This document shows positions 1 to 13,600 of a DNA stretch of 64,000 bases, piece after piece (position 1 is the first letter of the stretch; each line of letters begins with the position of its first letter). Location: NCBI RefSeq assembly GCF_009914755.1, contig NC_060948.1; one strand, 5' to 3'. The stretch is from the human T2T-CHM13v2.0 reference genome, Homo sapiens. The translations under genes and the position numbers were made by a program. Under the pieces are notes generated by a model that was not told the DNA's origin, did no database searches, and saw only the letters and a program-made list of their open reading frames with translations.

Positions 1-2299
1 AATGCACTCGAATGCAATGGAGTCGAAACTAATGGACTGGAATAGAATGGACTCGACTGGTACGGACTCCAATGGAATGGAATCGAATGGAAGGGAATCG
101 AACGGAATGGACTCGAAGGGAAAAGACTGCAATGGAAAGGTCTCGAATGGAATGGAAATTAATGGAATGGAATGGAATCGAATGAAATGGAGTCAAAAGG
201 AATGGAATCGAATGGCAAGAAATCGAATGTAATGGAATCGCAAGGAATTGATGTGAACGGAACGGAATGGAATGGAATCCAAAGGAATGGAATAGAATGG
301 AATGGAATCGAATGGAAAGGACTCGAATGGAAATCACTCGAATAGAATGCAATTTAATAAAATAGGATCAAATGTAATGGAATGGAATGGAAAGGAATCG
401 AAACGAAAGGAATGGAGACAGATGGAATGGAATGGAACAGAGAGCAATGGTATAGAATGGAATGGAATCATCTGGAATGGAATTGAATGGAATGGAATAA
501 TATGAAATGGAATGGAATGGAATGGAATGGAATGCCCTTGAATTAAATGGACTGGAATGGAATGGACTCGAACAGAGTGGAATGGAAAGTGTTGAGATAG
601 AATGGAATGGACTCCTTTGGAATGGTCTAGTATGCAATGCAATCGACTGTCAGGGAATCAAAAGGAATGTAATCGAATGGATTGGACTGGAATGCAATGG
701 ACTCGAATAGATTGGAAACGGAATGCAAAGGAATGGAATGGAATAGTATGGAATGGAATGGAAAGGAATGGAGTGGAATAGACTAGAGTGGAATGGAATG
801 GACTGGAAAGCAATGGACTGGAATGGAACTTTCTTGAATGGACTGGAATCAAACGGAATGGAATGCAATGCAATCAAATGGCATGGAATAAAATAGAATG
901 AAAGAGAATGAAATGGAATTGAATCGAATGGAATCGAATGGATTGTAAAGGAATAGAATGGAATGGAATGGAATTGACTCAAATGGAATGGACTAGAATG
1001 GAATGGATTCGAATGGAAGGCAAAGGAATGGAATCTATTGGAATGGACTGTAATGGAATGGAATGGAAGGGATTGGAATGGACTCGAATGGAATGGACTG
1101 CAATAGAAAGGATTCGAATGGAATGAAAAAGAATTGAATGGAATAGAACAGAATGGAATCAAATCGAATGAAATGGAATGGAATAGAAAGGAATGGAATG
1201 AAATGGAATGGAAAGGATTCGAATGGAATGCAATCGAATGGAATGGAATCGAACGGAATGGAATAAAATGGAAGAAAACTGGCAAGAAATGGAATCGAAA
1301 TGAATGGAGTGTTATGGAACGGACTCAAAAGGAATTGAATGTAATAGAATGGAGTGGAGTGGACTCGAATATAATGGACTGGAATGGAATGAAATCACAT
1401 GGAATGGGAACGAATGGAATGGAATGGAAAGGAATGGAATCGAATGGAAAGGAATCGAATGGAAGGGAATGAAATTGAATCAACAGGAATGGAAGGGAAT
1501 AGAATAGACGGTAATGGAATGGACTCGAATAGAATGGACACGAATGCTCAAATTGAATGGATTCGAATGGAATGGAAACGAAAGGAATGTCATCGAATGG
1601 AATTGAATCGATTGGAATGAAATCGCATAGAATGGAGTGGAATCAAATGGAATTGAATCGAAAGGAAAGGAAGCGAATGGACTGAAATGAAATGGAATGG
1701 AATTGAATGGAAAGTAATGCAATGGAATAGAATGGAACGAAATTTCACGGAATGGAATCAAACTGAATGGAATCAAATCAATGGAATCTAATCAAATGGA
1801 ATGGAAAGGAATTGAATGGAGTAGATTGGATTGGATGGGATTGGAATGAAATGTACTGGAAAGGACTCGAATTTCATGAAACGGAATGGAATGAATTGGA
1901 ACGGAATGGACTCGAATGGAATGGAATGTCATGGAATGGCATCGAATGGAATGGCATCAAATGGAATGGAATCGAATGCAATGGAATGTTATGGAATGGA
2001 ATGGAATGCATTGGAATGGAATGTCCTCTAATGGAATGGATTCGAGTGGAATGGAATCGAATATAATGGAGTCGAATGAAATGGAATTGAAAGGAATGGG
2101 ATCGAATAGAATGGAATATACTGGAATGTAATGTAATGAACACGAATGTAATTGACTGGAATGGAATGTACATGAATGGAAGGTAATCGAATGGAAAGTA
2201 ATCCAATGGAATAGAATCTAATGCAATAAAACCGAATCAGATAGAGTAGAATGTAATGGAATGGAGTGCAGTGCAATGGAATGGAATGGAATTGAATGC

Positions 2300-2344
2300 A
2301 ATGGAATGGAATGGAATGGAATGGAATGGAATGGAATGGAATGG
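2300..2344 (+). repeat. Longest uninterrupted (AATGG)n microsatellite-like tract of the unit, variable in length between units
   Basis: Nine perfect AATGG between AATGC and TATGG in unit 1. Homologous tracts in other units differ by whole pentamers. Confidence 0.88.
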
Positions 2345-2658
2345 TATGGAAAGGATAGTAATGGACTGGAGTGAAATGGACTGGAAAGGAATGGACTCAA
2401 ATTGAAAGGGCTCGAAAGGAATGGAGTCAAATGGAATGGTCTGGAATGGAATGAACACGAATGTAATGCAATCCAATAGAATGGAATCGAATGGCATGGA
2501 ATATAAAGAAATGGAATCGAAGAGAATGGAAACAAATGGAATGGAATTGAATGGAATGGAATTGAATGGAATGGGAACGAATGGAGTGAAATTGTATGCA
2601 GTAGAAGGGAATAGAATGGAATGCAAGCGAAAGGAAAGGAATGGATTGGAATGGAATG

Positions 2659-2664
2659 GAATTC
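2659..2664. other. EcoRI site (GAATTC), recurring at the same position in each unit
   Basis: GGAATTCATTGG lies 38 bp upstream of the StuI site and recurs in each unit. Confidence 0.88.
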
Positions 2665-2696
2665 ATTGGAATGGAAGGGAATGTAGTGTAATGGAC

Positions 2697-2702
2697 AGGC
2701 CT
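2697..2702. other. StuI/HaeIII site (AGGCCT), the conventional DYZ1 unit boundary, recurring at the same position in each unit
   Basis: GGACAGGCCTGG seen here and at homologous positions (e.g. 6241, 52403, 55962). Known: HaeIII digestion releases the male-specific 3.4-3.56 kb DYZ1 band. Confidence 0.9.
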
Positions 2703-3554
2703 GGAATAAAGTGGAATGCTACGGTCTCGAATGGAATAAAAATGTATGGAATGGAATGCAATGAAACGGAATCGAATGTCATAGAATGTAATGGAATGCA
2801 ACAAAATGGAATCCAAAATCATTGACTGGAAAGGCTGGGTGTCGAAAGGAATTGACTCCAATGGAATGGAATCGAATGGAATGGAAGTGAATAGAATCGA
2901 ACTAAATCGAATGGAATGGAATTGATAGGAACGGAATGGAAAGGAATGCAATGATTTGGCATGGAATGGAATCGAATGGCATCGAATGGAATGGAATGGA
3001 ATGCAATGGAATGGAATGTATTAGAATGTAATGAACTTTAATGGAATGTACTCGAATGGATTCGACTGGAATGGAATGTTCTGGAAGTGAATGGACTCCA
3101 ATGGAATGGATTCAAAAGGAATGGAATCGTACGGAATGGAATCTAATGGAATGGAATTAAATGGAAATGAATCAAATTGAATAGCACGGAATTGAATTGA
3201 ATGGAATGGAATGCAATGGAATCTAATGAAACGGAAAGGAAAGGAATGGAATGGAATGGAATGGGCTGGAATGGAAAGGAATCGAAACGAATGGAATGGA
3301 ATCGAACTGAAGAGACTGGAATGGAATGCACTGGAATGGAAGGGAGTGTAATGGAAGGTTCTCGAAAAAAATGGAATCGAATGGAATGGAATTGAATGGA
3401 ACGGAATAGAGTCGAATGGAATTGAATGGAATGGAATGGACTAGAGTGAAATGGAATCGAACCACAAGGAATGGACAGGAATAGAATGGTCTCGAATTGA
3501 ATGGAATCGTATGGAATGGCATCAAACGGAATGGAATGGACAGCCACGGAATGG

Positions 3555-6500
3555 AATGCACTCGAATGCAATGGAGTCGAAACTAATGGACTGGAATAGA
3601 ATGGACTCGACTGGTACGGACTCCAATGGAATGGAATCGAATGGAAGGGAATCGAACGGAATGGACTCGAAGGGAAAAGACTGCAATGGAAAGGTCTCGA
3701 ATGGAATGGAAATTAATGGAATGGAATGGAATCGAATGAAATGGAGTCAAAAGGAATGGAATCGAATGGCAAGAAATCGAATGTAATGGAATCGCAAGGA
3801 ATTGATGTGAACGGAACGGAATGGAATGGAATCCAAAGGAATGGAATAGAATGGAATGGAATCGAATGGAAAGGACTCGAATGGAAATCACTCGAATAGA
3901 ATGCAATTTAATAAAATAGGATCAAATGTAATGGAATGGAATGGAAAGGAATCGAAACGAAAGGAATGGAGACAGATGGAATGGAATGGAACAGAGAGCA
4001 ATGGTATAGAATGGAATGGAATCATCTGGAATGGAATTGAATGGAATGGAATAATATGAAATGGAATGGAATGGAATGCCCTTGAATTAAATGGACTGGA
4101 ATGGAATGGACTCGAACAGAGTGGAATGGAAAGTGTTGAGATAGAATGGAATGGACTCCTTTGGAATGGTCTAGTATGCAATGCAATCGACTGTCAGGGA
4201 ATCAAAAGGAAAGTAATCGAATGGATTGGACTGGAATGCAATGGACTCGAATAGATTGGAAACGGAATGCAAAGGAATGGAATGGAATAGTATGGAATGG
4301 AATGGAAAGGAATGGAGTGGAATAGACTAGAGTGGAATGGAATGGACTGGAAAGCAATGGACTGGAATGGAACTTTCTTGAATGGACTGGAATCAAACGG
4401 AATGGAATGCAATGCAATCAAATGGCATGGAATAAAATAGAATGAAAGAGAATCAAATGGAATTGAATCGAATGGAATCGAATGGATTGGAAAGGAATAG
4501 AATGGAATGGAATGGAATTGACTCAAATGGAATGGACTAGAATGGAATGGATTCGAATGGAAGGCAAAGGAATGGAATCTATTGGAATGGACTGTAATGG
4601 AATGGAATGGAAGGGATTGGAATGGACTCGAATGGAATGGACTGCAATAGAAAGGATTCGAATGGAATGAAAAAGAATTGAATGGAATAGAACAGAATGG
4701 AATCAAATCGAATGAAATGGAATGGAATAGAAAGGAATGGAATGAAATGGAATGGAAAGGATTCGAATGGAATGCAATCGAATGGAATGGAATCGAACGG
4801 AATGGAATAAAATGGAAGAAAACTGGCAAGAAATGGAATCGAAATGAATGGAGTGTTATGGAACGGACTCAAAAGGAATTGAATGTAATAGAATGGAGTG
4901 GAGTGGACTCGAATATAATGGACTGGAATGGAATGAAATCACATGGAATGGGAACGAATGGAATGGAATGGAAAGGAATGGAATCGAATGGAAAGGAATC
5001 GAATGGAAGGGAATGAAATTGAATCAACAGGAATGGAAGGGAATAGAATAGACGGTAATGGAATGGACTCGAATAGAATGGACACGAATGCTCAAATTGA
5101 ATGGATTCGAATGGAATGGAAACGAAAGGAATGTCATCGAATGGAATTGAATCGATTGGAATGAAATCGCATAGAATGGAGTGGAATCAAATGGAATTGA
5201 ATCGAAAGGAAAGGAAGCGAATGGACTGAAATGAAATGGAATGGAATTGAATGGAAAGTAATGCAATGGAATAGAATGGAACGAAATTTCACGGAATGGA
5301 ATCAAACTGAATGGAATCAAATCAATGGAATCTAATCAAATGGAATGGAAAGGAATTGAATGGAGTAGATTGGATTGGATGGGATTGGAATGAAATGTAC
5401 TGGAAAGGACTCGAATTTCATGAAACGGAATGGAATGAATTGGAACGGAATGGACTCGAATGGAATGGAATGTCATGGAATGGCATCGAATGGAATGGCA
5501 TCAAATGGAATGGAATCGAATGCAATGGAATGTTATGGAATGGAATGGAATGCATTGGAATGGAATGTCCTCTAATGGAATGGATTCGAGTGGAATGGAA
5601 TCGAATATAATGGAGTCGAATGAAATGGAATTGAAAGGAATGGGATCGAATAGAATGGAATATACTGGAATGTAATGTAATGAACACGAATGTAATTGAC
5701 TGGAATGGAATGTACATGAATGGAAGGTAATCGAATGGAAAGTAATCCAATGGAATAGAATCTAATGCAATAAAACCGAATCAGATAGAGTAGAATGTAA
5801 TGGAATGGAGTGCAGTGCAATGGAATGGAATGGAATTGAATGCAATGGAATGGAATGGAATGGAATGGAATGGAATGGAATGGAATGGTATGGAAAGGAT
5901 AGTAATGGACTGGAGTGAAATGGACTGGAAAGGAATGGACTCAAATTGAAAGGGCTCGAAAGGAATGGAGTCAAATGGAATGGTCTGGAATGGAATGAAC
6001 ACGAATGTAATGCAATCCAATAGAATGGAATCGAATGGCATGGAATATAAAGAAATGGAATCGAAGAGAATGGAAACAAATGGAATGGAATTGAATGGAA
6101 TGGAATTGAATGGAATGGGAACGAATGGAGTGAAATTGTATGCAGTAGAAGGGAATAGAATGGAATGCAAGCGAAAGGAAAGGAATGGATTGGAATGGAA
6201 TGGAATTCATTGGAATGGAAGGGAATGTAGTGTAATGGACAGGCCTGGAATAAAGTGGAATGCTACGGTCTCGAATGGAATAAAAATGTATGGAATGGAA
6301 TGCAATGAAACGGAATCGAATGTCATAGAATGTAATGGAATGCAACAAAATGGAATCCAAAATCATTGACTGGAAAGGCTGGGTGTCGAAAGGAATTGAC
6401 TCCAATGGAATGGAATCGAATGGAATGGAAGTGAATAGAATCGAACTAAATCGAATGGAATGGAATTGATAGGAACGGAATGGAAAGGAATGCAATGATT

Positions 6501-7097
6501 TGGCATGGAATGGAATCGAATGGCATCGAATGGAATGGAATGGAATGCAATGGAATGGAATGTATTAGAATGGAATGAACTTTAATGGAATGTACTCGAA
6601 TGGATTCGACTGGAATGGAATGTTCTGGAAGTGAATGGACTCCAATGGAATGGATTCAAAAGGAATGGAATCGTACGGAATGGAATCTAATGGAATGGAA
6701 TTAAATGGAAATGAATCAAATTGAATAGCACGGAATTGAATTGAATGGAATGGAATGCAATGGAATCTAATGAAACGGAAAGGAAAGGAATGGAATGGAA
6801 TGGAATGGGCTGGAATGGAAAGGAATCGAAACGAATGGAATGGAATCGAACTGAAGAGACTGGAATGGAATGCACTGGAATGGAAGGGAGTGTAATGGAA
6901 GGTTCTCGAAAAAATGGAATCGAATGGAATGGAATTGAATGGAACGGAATAGAGTCGAATGGAATTGAATGGAATGGAATGGACTAGAGTGAAATGGAAT
7001 CGAACCACAAGGAATGGACAGGAATAGAATGGTCTCGAATTGAATGGAATCGTATGGAATGGCATCAAACGGAATGGAATGGACAGCCACGGAATGG
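3555..7097 (+). repeat. DYZ1 unit 2 (3543 bp)
   Basis: Block-A alleles. Two pentamers fewer near 4060-4080, and a 1-bp shorter A-run at 6909-6914. Confidence 0.93.
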
Positions 7098-10000
7098 AAT
7101 GCACTCGAATGCAATGGAGTCGAAACTAATGGACTGGAATAGAATGGACTCGACTGGTACGGACTCCAATGGAATGGAATCGAATGGAAGGGAATCGAAC
7201 GGAATGGACTCGAAGGGAAAAGACTGCAATGGAAAGGTCTCGAATGGAATGGAAATTAATGGAATGGAATGGAATCGAATGAAATGGAGTCAAAAGGAAT
7301 GGAATCGAATGGCAAGAAATCGAATGTAATGGAATCGCAAGGAATTGATGTGAACGGAACGGAATGGAATGGAATCCAAAGGAATGGAATAGAATGGAAT
7401 GGAATCGAATGGAAAGGACTCGAATGGAAATCACTCGAATAGAATGCAATTTAATAAAATAGGATCAAATGTAATGGAATGGAATGGAAAGGAATCGAAA
7501 CGAAAGGAATGGAGACAGATGGAATGGAATGGAACAGAGAGCAATGGTATAGAATGGAATGGAATCATCTGGAATGGAATTGAATGGAATGGAATAATAT
7601 GAAATGGAATGGAATGGAATGGAATGGAATGCCCTTGAATTAAATGGACTGGAATGGAATGGACTCGAACAGAGTGGAATGGAAAGTGTTGAGATAGAAT
7701 GGAATGGACTCCTTTGGAATGGTCTAGTATGCAATGCAATCGACTGTCAGGGAATCAAAAGGAATGTAATCGAATGGATTGGACTGGAATGCAATGGACT
7801 CGAATAGATTGGAAACGGAATGCAAAGGAATGGAATGGAATAGTATGGAATGGAATGGAAAGGAATGGAGTGGAATAGACTAGAGTGGAATGGAATGGAC
7901 TGGAAAGCAATGGACTGGAATGGAACTTTCTTGAATGGACTGGAATCAAACGGAATGGAATGCAATGCAATCAAATGGCATGGAATAAAATAGAATGAAA
8001 GAGAATCAAATGGAATTGAATCGAATGGAATCGAATGGATTGTAAAGGAATAGAATGGAATGGAATGGAATTGACTCAAATGGAATGGACTAGAATGGAA
8101 TGGATTCGAATGGAAGGCAAAGGAATGGAATCTATTGGAATGGACTGTAATGGAATGGAATGGAAGGGATTGGAATGGACTCGAATGGAATGGACTGCAA
8201 TAGAAAGGATTCGAATGGAATGAAAAAGAATTGAATGGAATAGAACAGAATGGAATCAAATCGAATGAAATGGAATGGAATAGAAAGGAATGGAATGAAA
8301 TGGAATGGAAAGGATTCGAATGGAATGCAATCGAATGGAATGGAATCGAACGGAATGGAATAAAATGGAAGAAAACTGGCAAGAAATGGAATCGAAATGA
8401 ATGGAGTGTTATGGAACGGACTCAAAAGGAATTGAATGTAATAGAATGGAGTGGAGTGGACTCGAATATAATGGACTGGAATGGAATGAAATCACATGGA
8501 ATGGGAACGAATGGAATGGAATGGAAAGGAATGGAATCGAATGGAAAGGAATCGAATGGAAGGGAATGAAATTGAATCAACAGGAATGGAAGGGAATAGA
8601 ATAGACGGTAATGGAATGGACTCGAATAGAATGGACACGAATGCTCAAATTGAATGGATTCGAATGGAATGGAAACGAAAGGAATGTCATCGAATGGAAT
8701 TGAATCGATTGGAATGAAATCGCATAGAATGGAGTGGAATCAAATGGAATTGAATCGAAAGGAAAGGAAGCGAATGGACTGAAATGAAATGGAATGGAAT
8801 TGAATGGAAAGTAATGCAATGGAATAGAATGGAACGAAATTTCACGGAATGGAATCAAACTGAATGGAATCAAATCAATGGAATCTAATCAAATGGAATG
8901 GAAAGGAATTGAATGGAGTAGATTGGATTGGATGGGATTGGAATGAAATGTACTGGAAAGGACTCGAATTTCATGAAACGGAATGGAATGAATTGGAACG
9001 GAATGGACTCGAATGGAATGGAATGTCATGGAATGGCATCGAATGGAATGGCATCAAATGGAATGGAATCGAATGCAATGGAATGTTATGGAATGGAATG
9101 GAATGCATTGGAATGGAATGTCCTCTAATGGAATGGATTCGAGTGGAATGGAATCGAATATAATGGAGTCGAATGAAATGGAATTGAAAGGAATGGGATC
9201 GAATAGAATGGAATATACTGGAATGTAATGTAATGAACACGAATGTAATTGACTGGAATGGAATGTACATGAATGGAAGGTAATCGAATGGAAAGTAATC
9301 CAATGGAATAGAATCTAATGCAATAAAACCGAATCAGATAGAGTAGAATGTAATGGAATGGAGTGCAGTGCAATGGAATGGAATGGAATTGAATGCAATG
9401 GAATGGAATGGAATGGAATGGAATGGAATGGAATGGAATGGAATGGAATGGTATGGAATGGATAGTAATGGACTGGAGTGAAATGGACTGGAAAGGAATG
9501 GACTCAAATTGAAAGGGCTCGAAAGGAATGGAGTCAAATGGAATGGTCTGGAATGGAATGAACACGAATGTAATGCAATCCAATAGAATGGAATCGAATG
9601 GCATGGAATATAAAGAAATGGAATCGAAGAGAATGGAAACAAATGGAATGGAATTGAATGGAATGGAATTGAATGGAATGGGAACGAATGGAGTGAAATT
9701 GTATGCAGTAGAAGGGAATAGAATGGAATGCAAGCGAAAGGAAAGGAATGGATTGGAATGGAATGGAATTCATTGGAATGGAAGGGAATGTAGTGTAATG
9801 GACAGGCCTGGAATAAAGTGGAATGCTACGGTCTCGAATGGAATAAAAATGTATGGAATGGAATGCAATGAAACGGAATCGAATGTCATAGAATGTAATG
9901 GAATGCAACAAAATGGAATCCAAAATCATTGACTGGAAAGGCTGGGTGTCGAAAGGAATTGACTCCAATGGAATGGAATCGAATGGAATGGAAGTGAATA

Positions 10001-10661
10001 GAATCGAACTAAATCGAATGGAATGGAATTGATAGGAACGGAATGGAAAGGAATGCAATGATTTGGCATGGAATGGAATCGAATGGCATCGAATGGAATG
10101 GAATGGAATGCAATGGAATGGAATGTATTAGAATGGAATGAACTTTAATGGAATGTACTCGAATGGATTCGACTGGAATGGAATGTTCTGGAAGTGAATG
10201 GACTCCAATGGAATGGATTCAAAAGGAATGGAATCGTACGGAATGGAATCTAATGGAATGGAATTAAATGGAAATGAATCAAATTGAATAGCACGGAATT
10301 GAATTGAATGGAATGGAATGCAATGGAATCTAATGAAACGGAAAGGAAAGGAATGGAATGGAATGGAATGGGCTGGAATGGAAAGGAATCGAAACGAATG
10401 GAATGGAATCGAACTGAAGAGACTGGAATGGAATGCACTGGAATGGAAGGGAGTGTAATGGAAGGTTCTCGAAAAAAATGGAATCGAATGGAATGGAATT
10501 GAATGGAACGGAATAGAGTCGAATGGAATTGAATGGAATGGAATGGACTAGAGTGAAATGGAATCGAACCACAAGGAATGGACAGGAATAGAATGGTCTC
10601 GAATTGAATGGAATCGTATGGAATGGCATCAAACGGAATGGAATGGACAGCCACGGAATGG
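7098..10661 (+). repeat. DYZ1 unit 3 (3564 bp)
   Basis: Block-A alleles. The pure tract near 9400-9450 is two pentamers longer than in unit 1. Confidence 0.93.
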
Positions 10662-13600
10662 AATGCACTCGAATGCAATGGAGTCGAAACTAATGGACTG
10701 GAATAGAATGGACTCGACTGGTACGGACTCCAATGGAATGGAATCGAATGGAAGGGAATCGAACGGAATGGACTCGAAGGGAAAAGACTGCAATGGAAAG
10801 GTCTCGAATGGAATGGAAATTAATGGAATGGAATGGAATCGAATGAAATGGAGTCAAAAGGAATGGAATCGAATGGCAAGAAATCGAATGTAATGGAATC
10901 GCAAGGAATTGATGTGAACGGAACGGAATGGAATGGAATCCAAAGGAATGGAATAGAATGGAATGGAATCGAATGGAAAGGACTCGAATGGCAATCACTC
11001 GAATAGAATGCAATTTAATAAAATAGGATCAAATGTAATGGAATGGAATGGAAAGGAATCGAAACGAAAGGAATGGAGACAGATGGAATGGAATGGAACA
11101 GAGAGCAATGGTATAGAATGGAATGGAATCATCTGGAATGGAATTGAATGGAATGGAATAATATGAAATGGAATGGAATGGAATGGAATGGAATGCCCTT
11201 GAATTAAATGGACTGGAATGGAATGGACTCGAACAGAGTGGAATGGAAAGTGTTGAGATAGAATGGAATGGACTCCTTTGGAATGGTCTAGTATGCAATG
11301 CAATCGACTGTCAGGGAATCAAAAGGAATGTAATCGAATGGATTGGACTGGAATGCAATGGACTCGAATAGATTGGAAACGGGATGCAAAGGAATGGAAT
11401 GGAATAGTATGGAATGGAATGGAAAGGAATGGAGTGGAATAGACTAGAGTGGAATGGAATGGACTGGAAAGCAATGGACTGGAATGGAACTTTCTTGAAT
11501 GGACTGGAATCAAACGGAATGGAATGCAATGCAATCAAATGGCATGGAATAAAATAGAATGAAAGAGAATCAAATGGAATTGAATCGAATGGAATCGAAT
11601 GGATTGTAAAGGAATAGAATGGAATGGAATGGAATTGACTCAAATGGAATGGACTAGAATGGAATGGATTCGAATGGAAGGCAAAGGAATGGAATCTATT
11701 GGAATGGACTGTAATGGAATGGAATGGAAGGGATTGGAATGGACTCGAATGGAATGGACTGCAATAGAAAGGATTCGAATGGAATGAAAAAGAATTGAAT
11801 GGAATAGAACAGAATGGAATCAAATCGAATGAAATGGAATGGAATAGAAAGGAATGGAATGAAATGGAATGGAAAGGATTCGAATGGAATGCAATCGAAT
11901 GGAATGGAATCGAACGGAATGGAATAAAATGGAAGAAAACTGGCAAGAAATGGAATCGAAATGAATGGAGTGTTATGGAACGGACTCAAAAGGAATTGAA
12001 TGTAATAGAATGGAGTGGAGTGGACTCGAATATAATGGACTGGAATGGAATGAAATCACATGGAATGGGAACGAATGGAATGGAATGGAAAGGAATGGAA
12101 TCGAATGGAAAGGAATCGAATGGAAGGGAATGAAATTGAATCAACAGGAATGGAAGGGAATAGAATAGACGGTAATGGAATGGACTCGAATAGAATGGAC
12201 ACGAATGCTCAAATTGAATGGATTCGAATGGAATGGAAACGAAAGGAATGTCATCGAATGGAATTGAATCGATTGGAATGAAATCGCATAGAATGGAGTG
12301 GAATCAAATGGAATTGAATCGAAAGGAAAGGAAGCGAATGGACTGAAATGAAATGGAATGGAATTGAATGGAAAGTAATGCAATGGAATAGAATGGAACG
12401 AAATTTCACGGAATGGAATCAAACTGAATGGAATCAAATCAATGGAATCTAATCAAATGGAATGGAAAGGAATTGAATGGAGTAGATTGGATTGGATGGG
12501 ATTGGAATGAAATGTACTGGAAAGGACTCGAATTTCATGAAACGGAATGGAATGAATTGGAACGGAATGGACTCGAATGGAATGGAATGTCATGGAATGG
12601 CATCGAATGGAATGGCATCAAATGGAATGGAATCGAATGCAATGGAATGTTATGGAATGGAATGGAATGCATTGGAATGGAATGTCCTCTAATGGAATGG
12701 ATTCGAGTGGAATGGAATCGAATATAATGGAGTCGAATGAAATGGAATTGAAAGGAATGGGATCGAATAGAATGGAATATACTGGAATGTAATGTAATGA
12801 ACACGAATGTAATTGACTGGAATGGAATGTACATGAATGGAAGGTAATCGAATGGAAAGTAATCCAATGGAATAGAATCTAATGCAATAAAACCGAATCA
12901 GATAGAGTAGAATGTAATGGAATGGAGTGCAGTGCAATGGAATGGAATGGAATTGAATGCAATGGAATGGAATGGAATGGAATGGAATGGAATGGAATGG
13001 AATGGAATGGTATGGAAAGGATAGTAATGGACTGGAGTGAAATGGACTGGAAAGGAATGGACTCAAATTGAAAGGGCTCGAAAGGAATGGAGTCAAATGG
13101 AATGGTCTGGAATGGAATGAACACGAATGTAATGCAATCCAATAGAATGGAATCGAATGGCATGGAATATAAAGAAATGGAATCGAAGAGAATGGAAACA
13201 AATGGAATGGAATTGAATGGAATGGAATTGAATGGAATGGGAACGAATGGAGTGAAATTGTATGCAGTAGAAGGGAATAGAATGGAATGCAAGCGAAAGG
13301 AAAGGAATGGATTGGAATGGAATGGAATTCATTGGAATGGAAGGGAATGTAGTGTAATGGACAGGCCTGGAATAAAGTGGAATGCTACGGTCTCGAATGG
13401 AATAAAAATGTATGGAATGGAATGCAATGAAACGGAATCGAATGTCATAGAATGTAATGGAATGCAACAAAATGGAATCCAAAATCATTGACTGGAAAGG
13501 CTGGGTGTCGAAAGGAATTGACTCCAATGGAATGGAATCGAATGGAATGGAAGTGAATAGAATCGAACTAAATCGAATGGAATGGAATTGATAGGAACGG

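Larger units (their letters stand above)
2562..2715. other. Target of the classical DYZ1 sex-determination PCR (Y1.1/Y1.2-type primers), 154 bp
   Basis: TTGAATGGAATGGGAACGAATGG at 2562-2584 and GGACAGGCCTGGAATAAAGTGGA (reverse complement TCCACTTTATTCCAGGCCTGTCC) at 2693-2715 are seen directly. Their identity as published primers is from memory. Confidence 0.75.
1..3554 (+). repeat. DYZ1 unit 1 (3554 bp; boundaries set arbitrarily at the window-start landmark)
   Basis: Landmark-to-landmark distance. Carries block-A alleles CGACTGTCAG, AAACCGAATCAG and GAAGGTAATCG. Confidence 0.93.

Noticed and set aside
351-366. AT-rich island AATTTAATAAAATAGG as a TATA box or promoter
   Set aside because: It is not a TATAWAWR match, stays in pentamer register, and is explained by G>T/A substitutions.
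1771-1800. Possible DUX4-like site around AATCAAATCA/CTAATCAAAT
   Set aside because: It does not match the full TAAYYBAATCA consensus, and the position is polymorphic among units.
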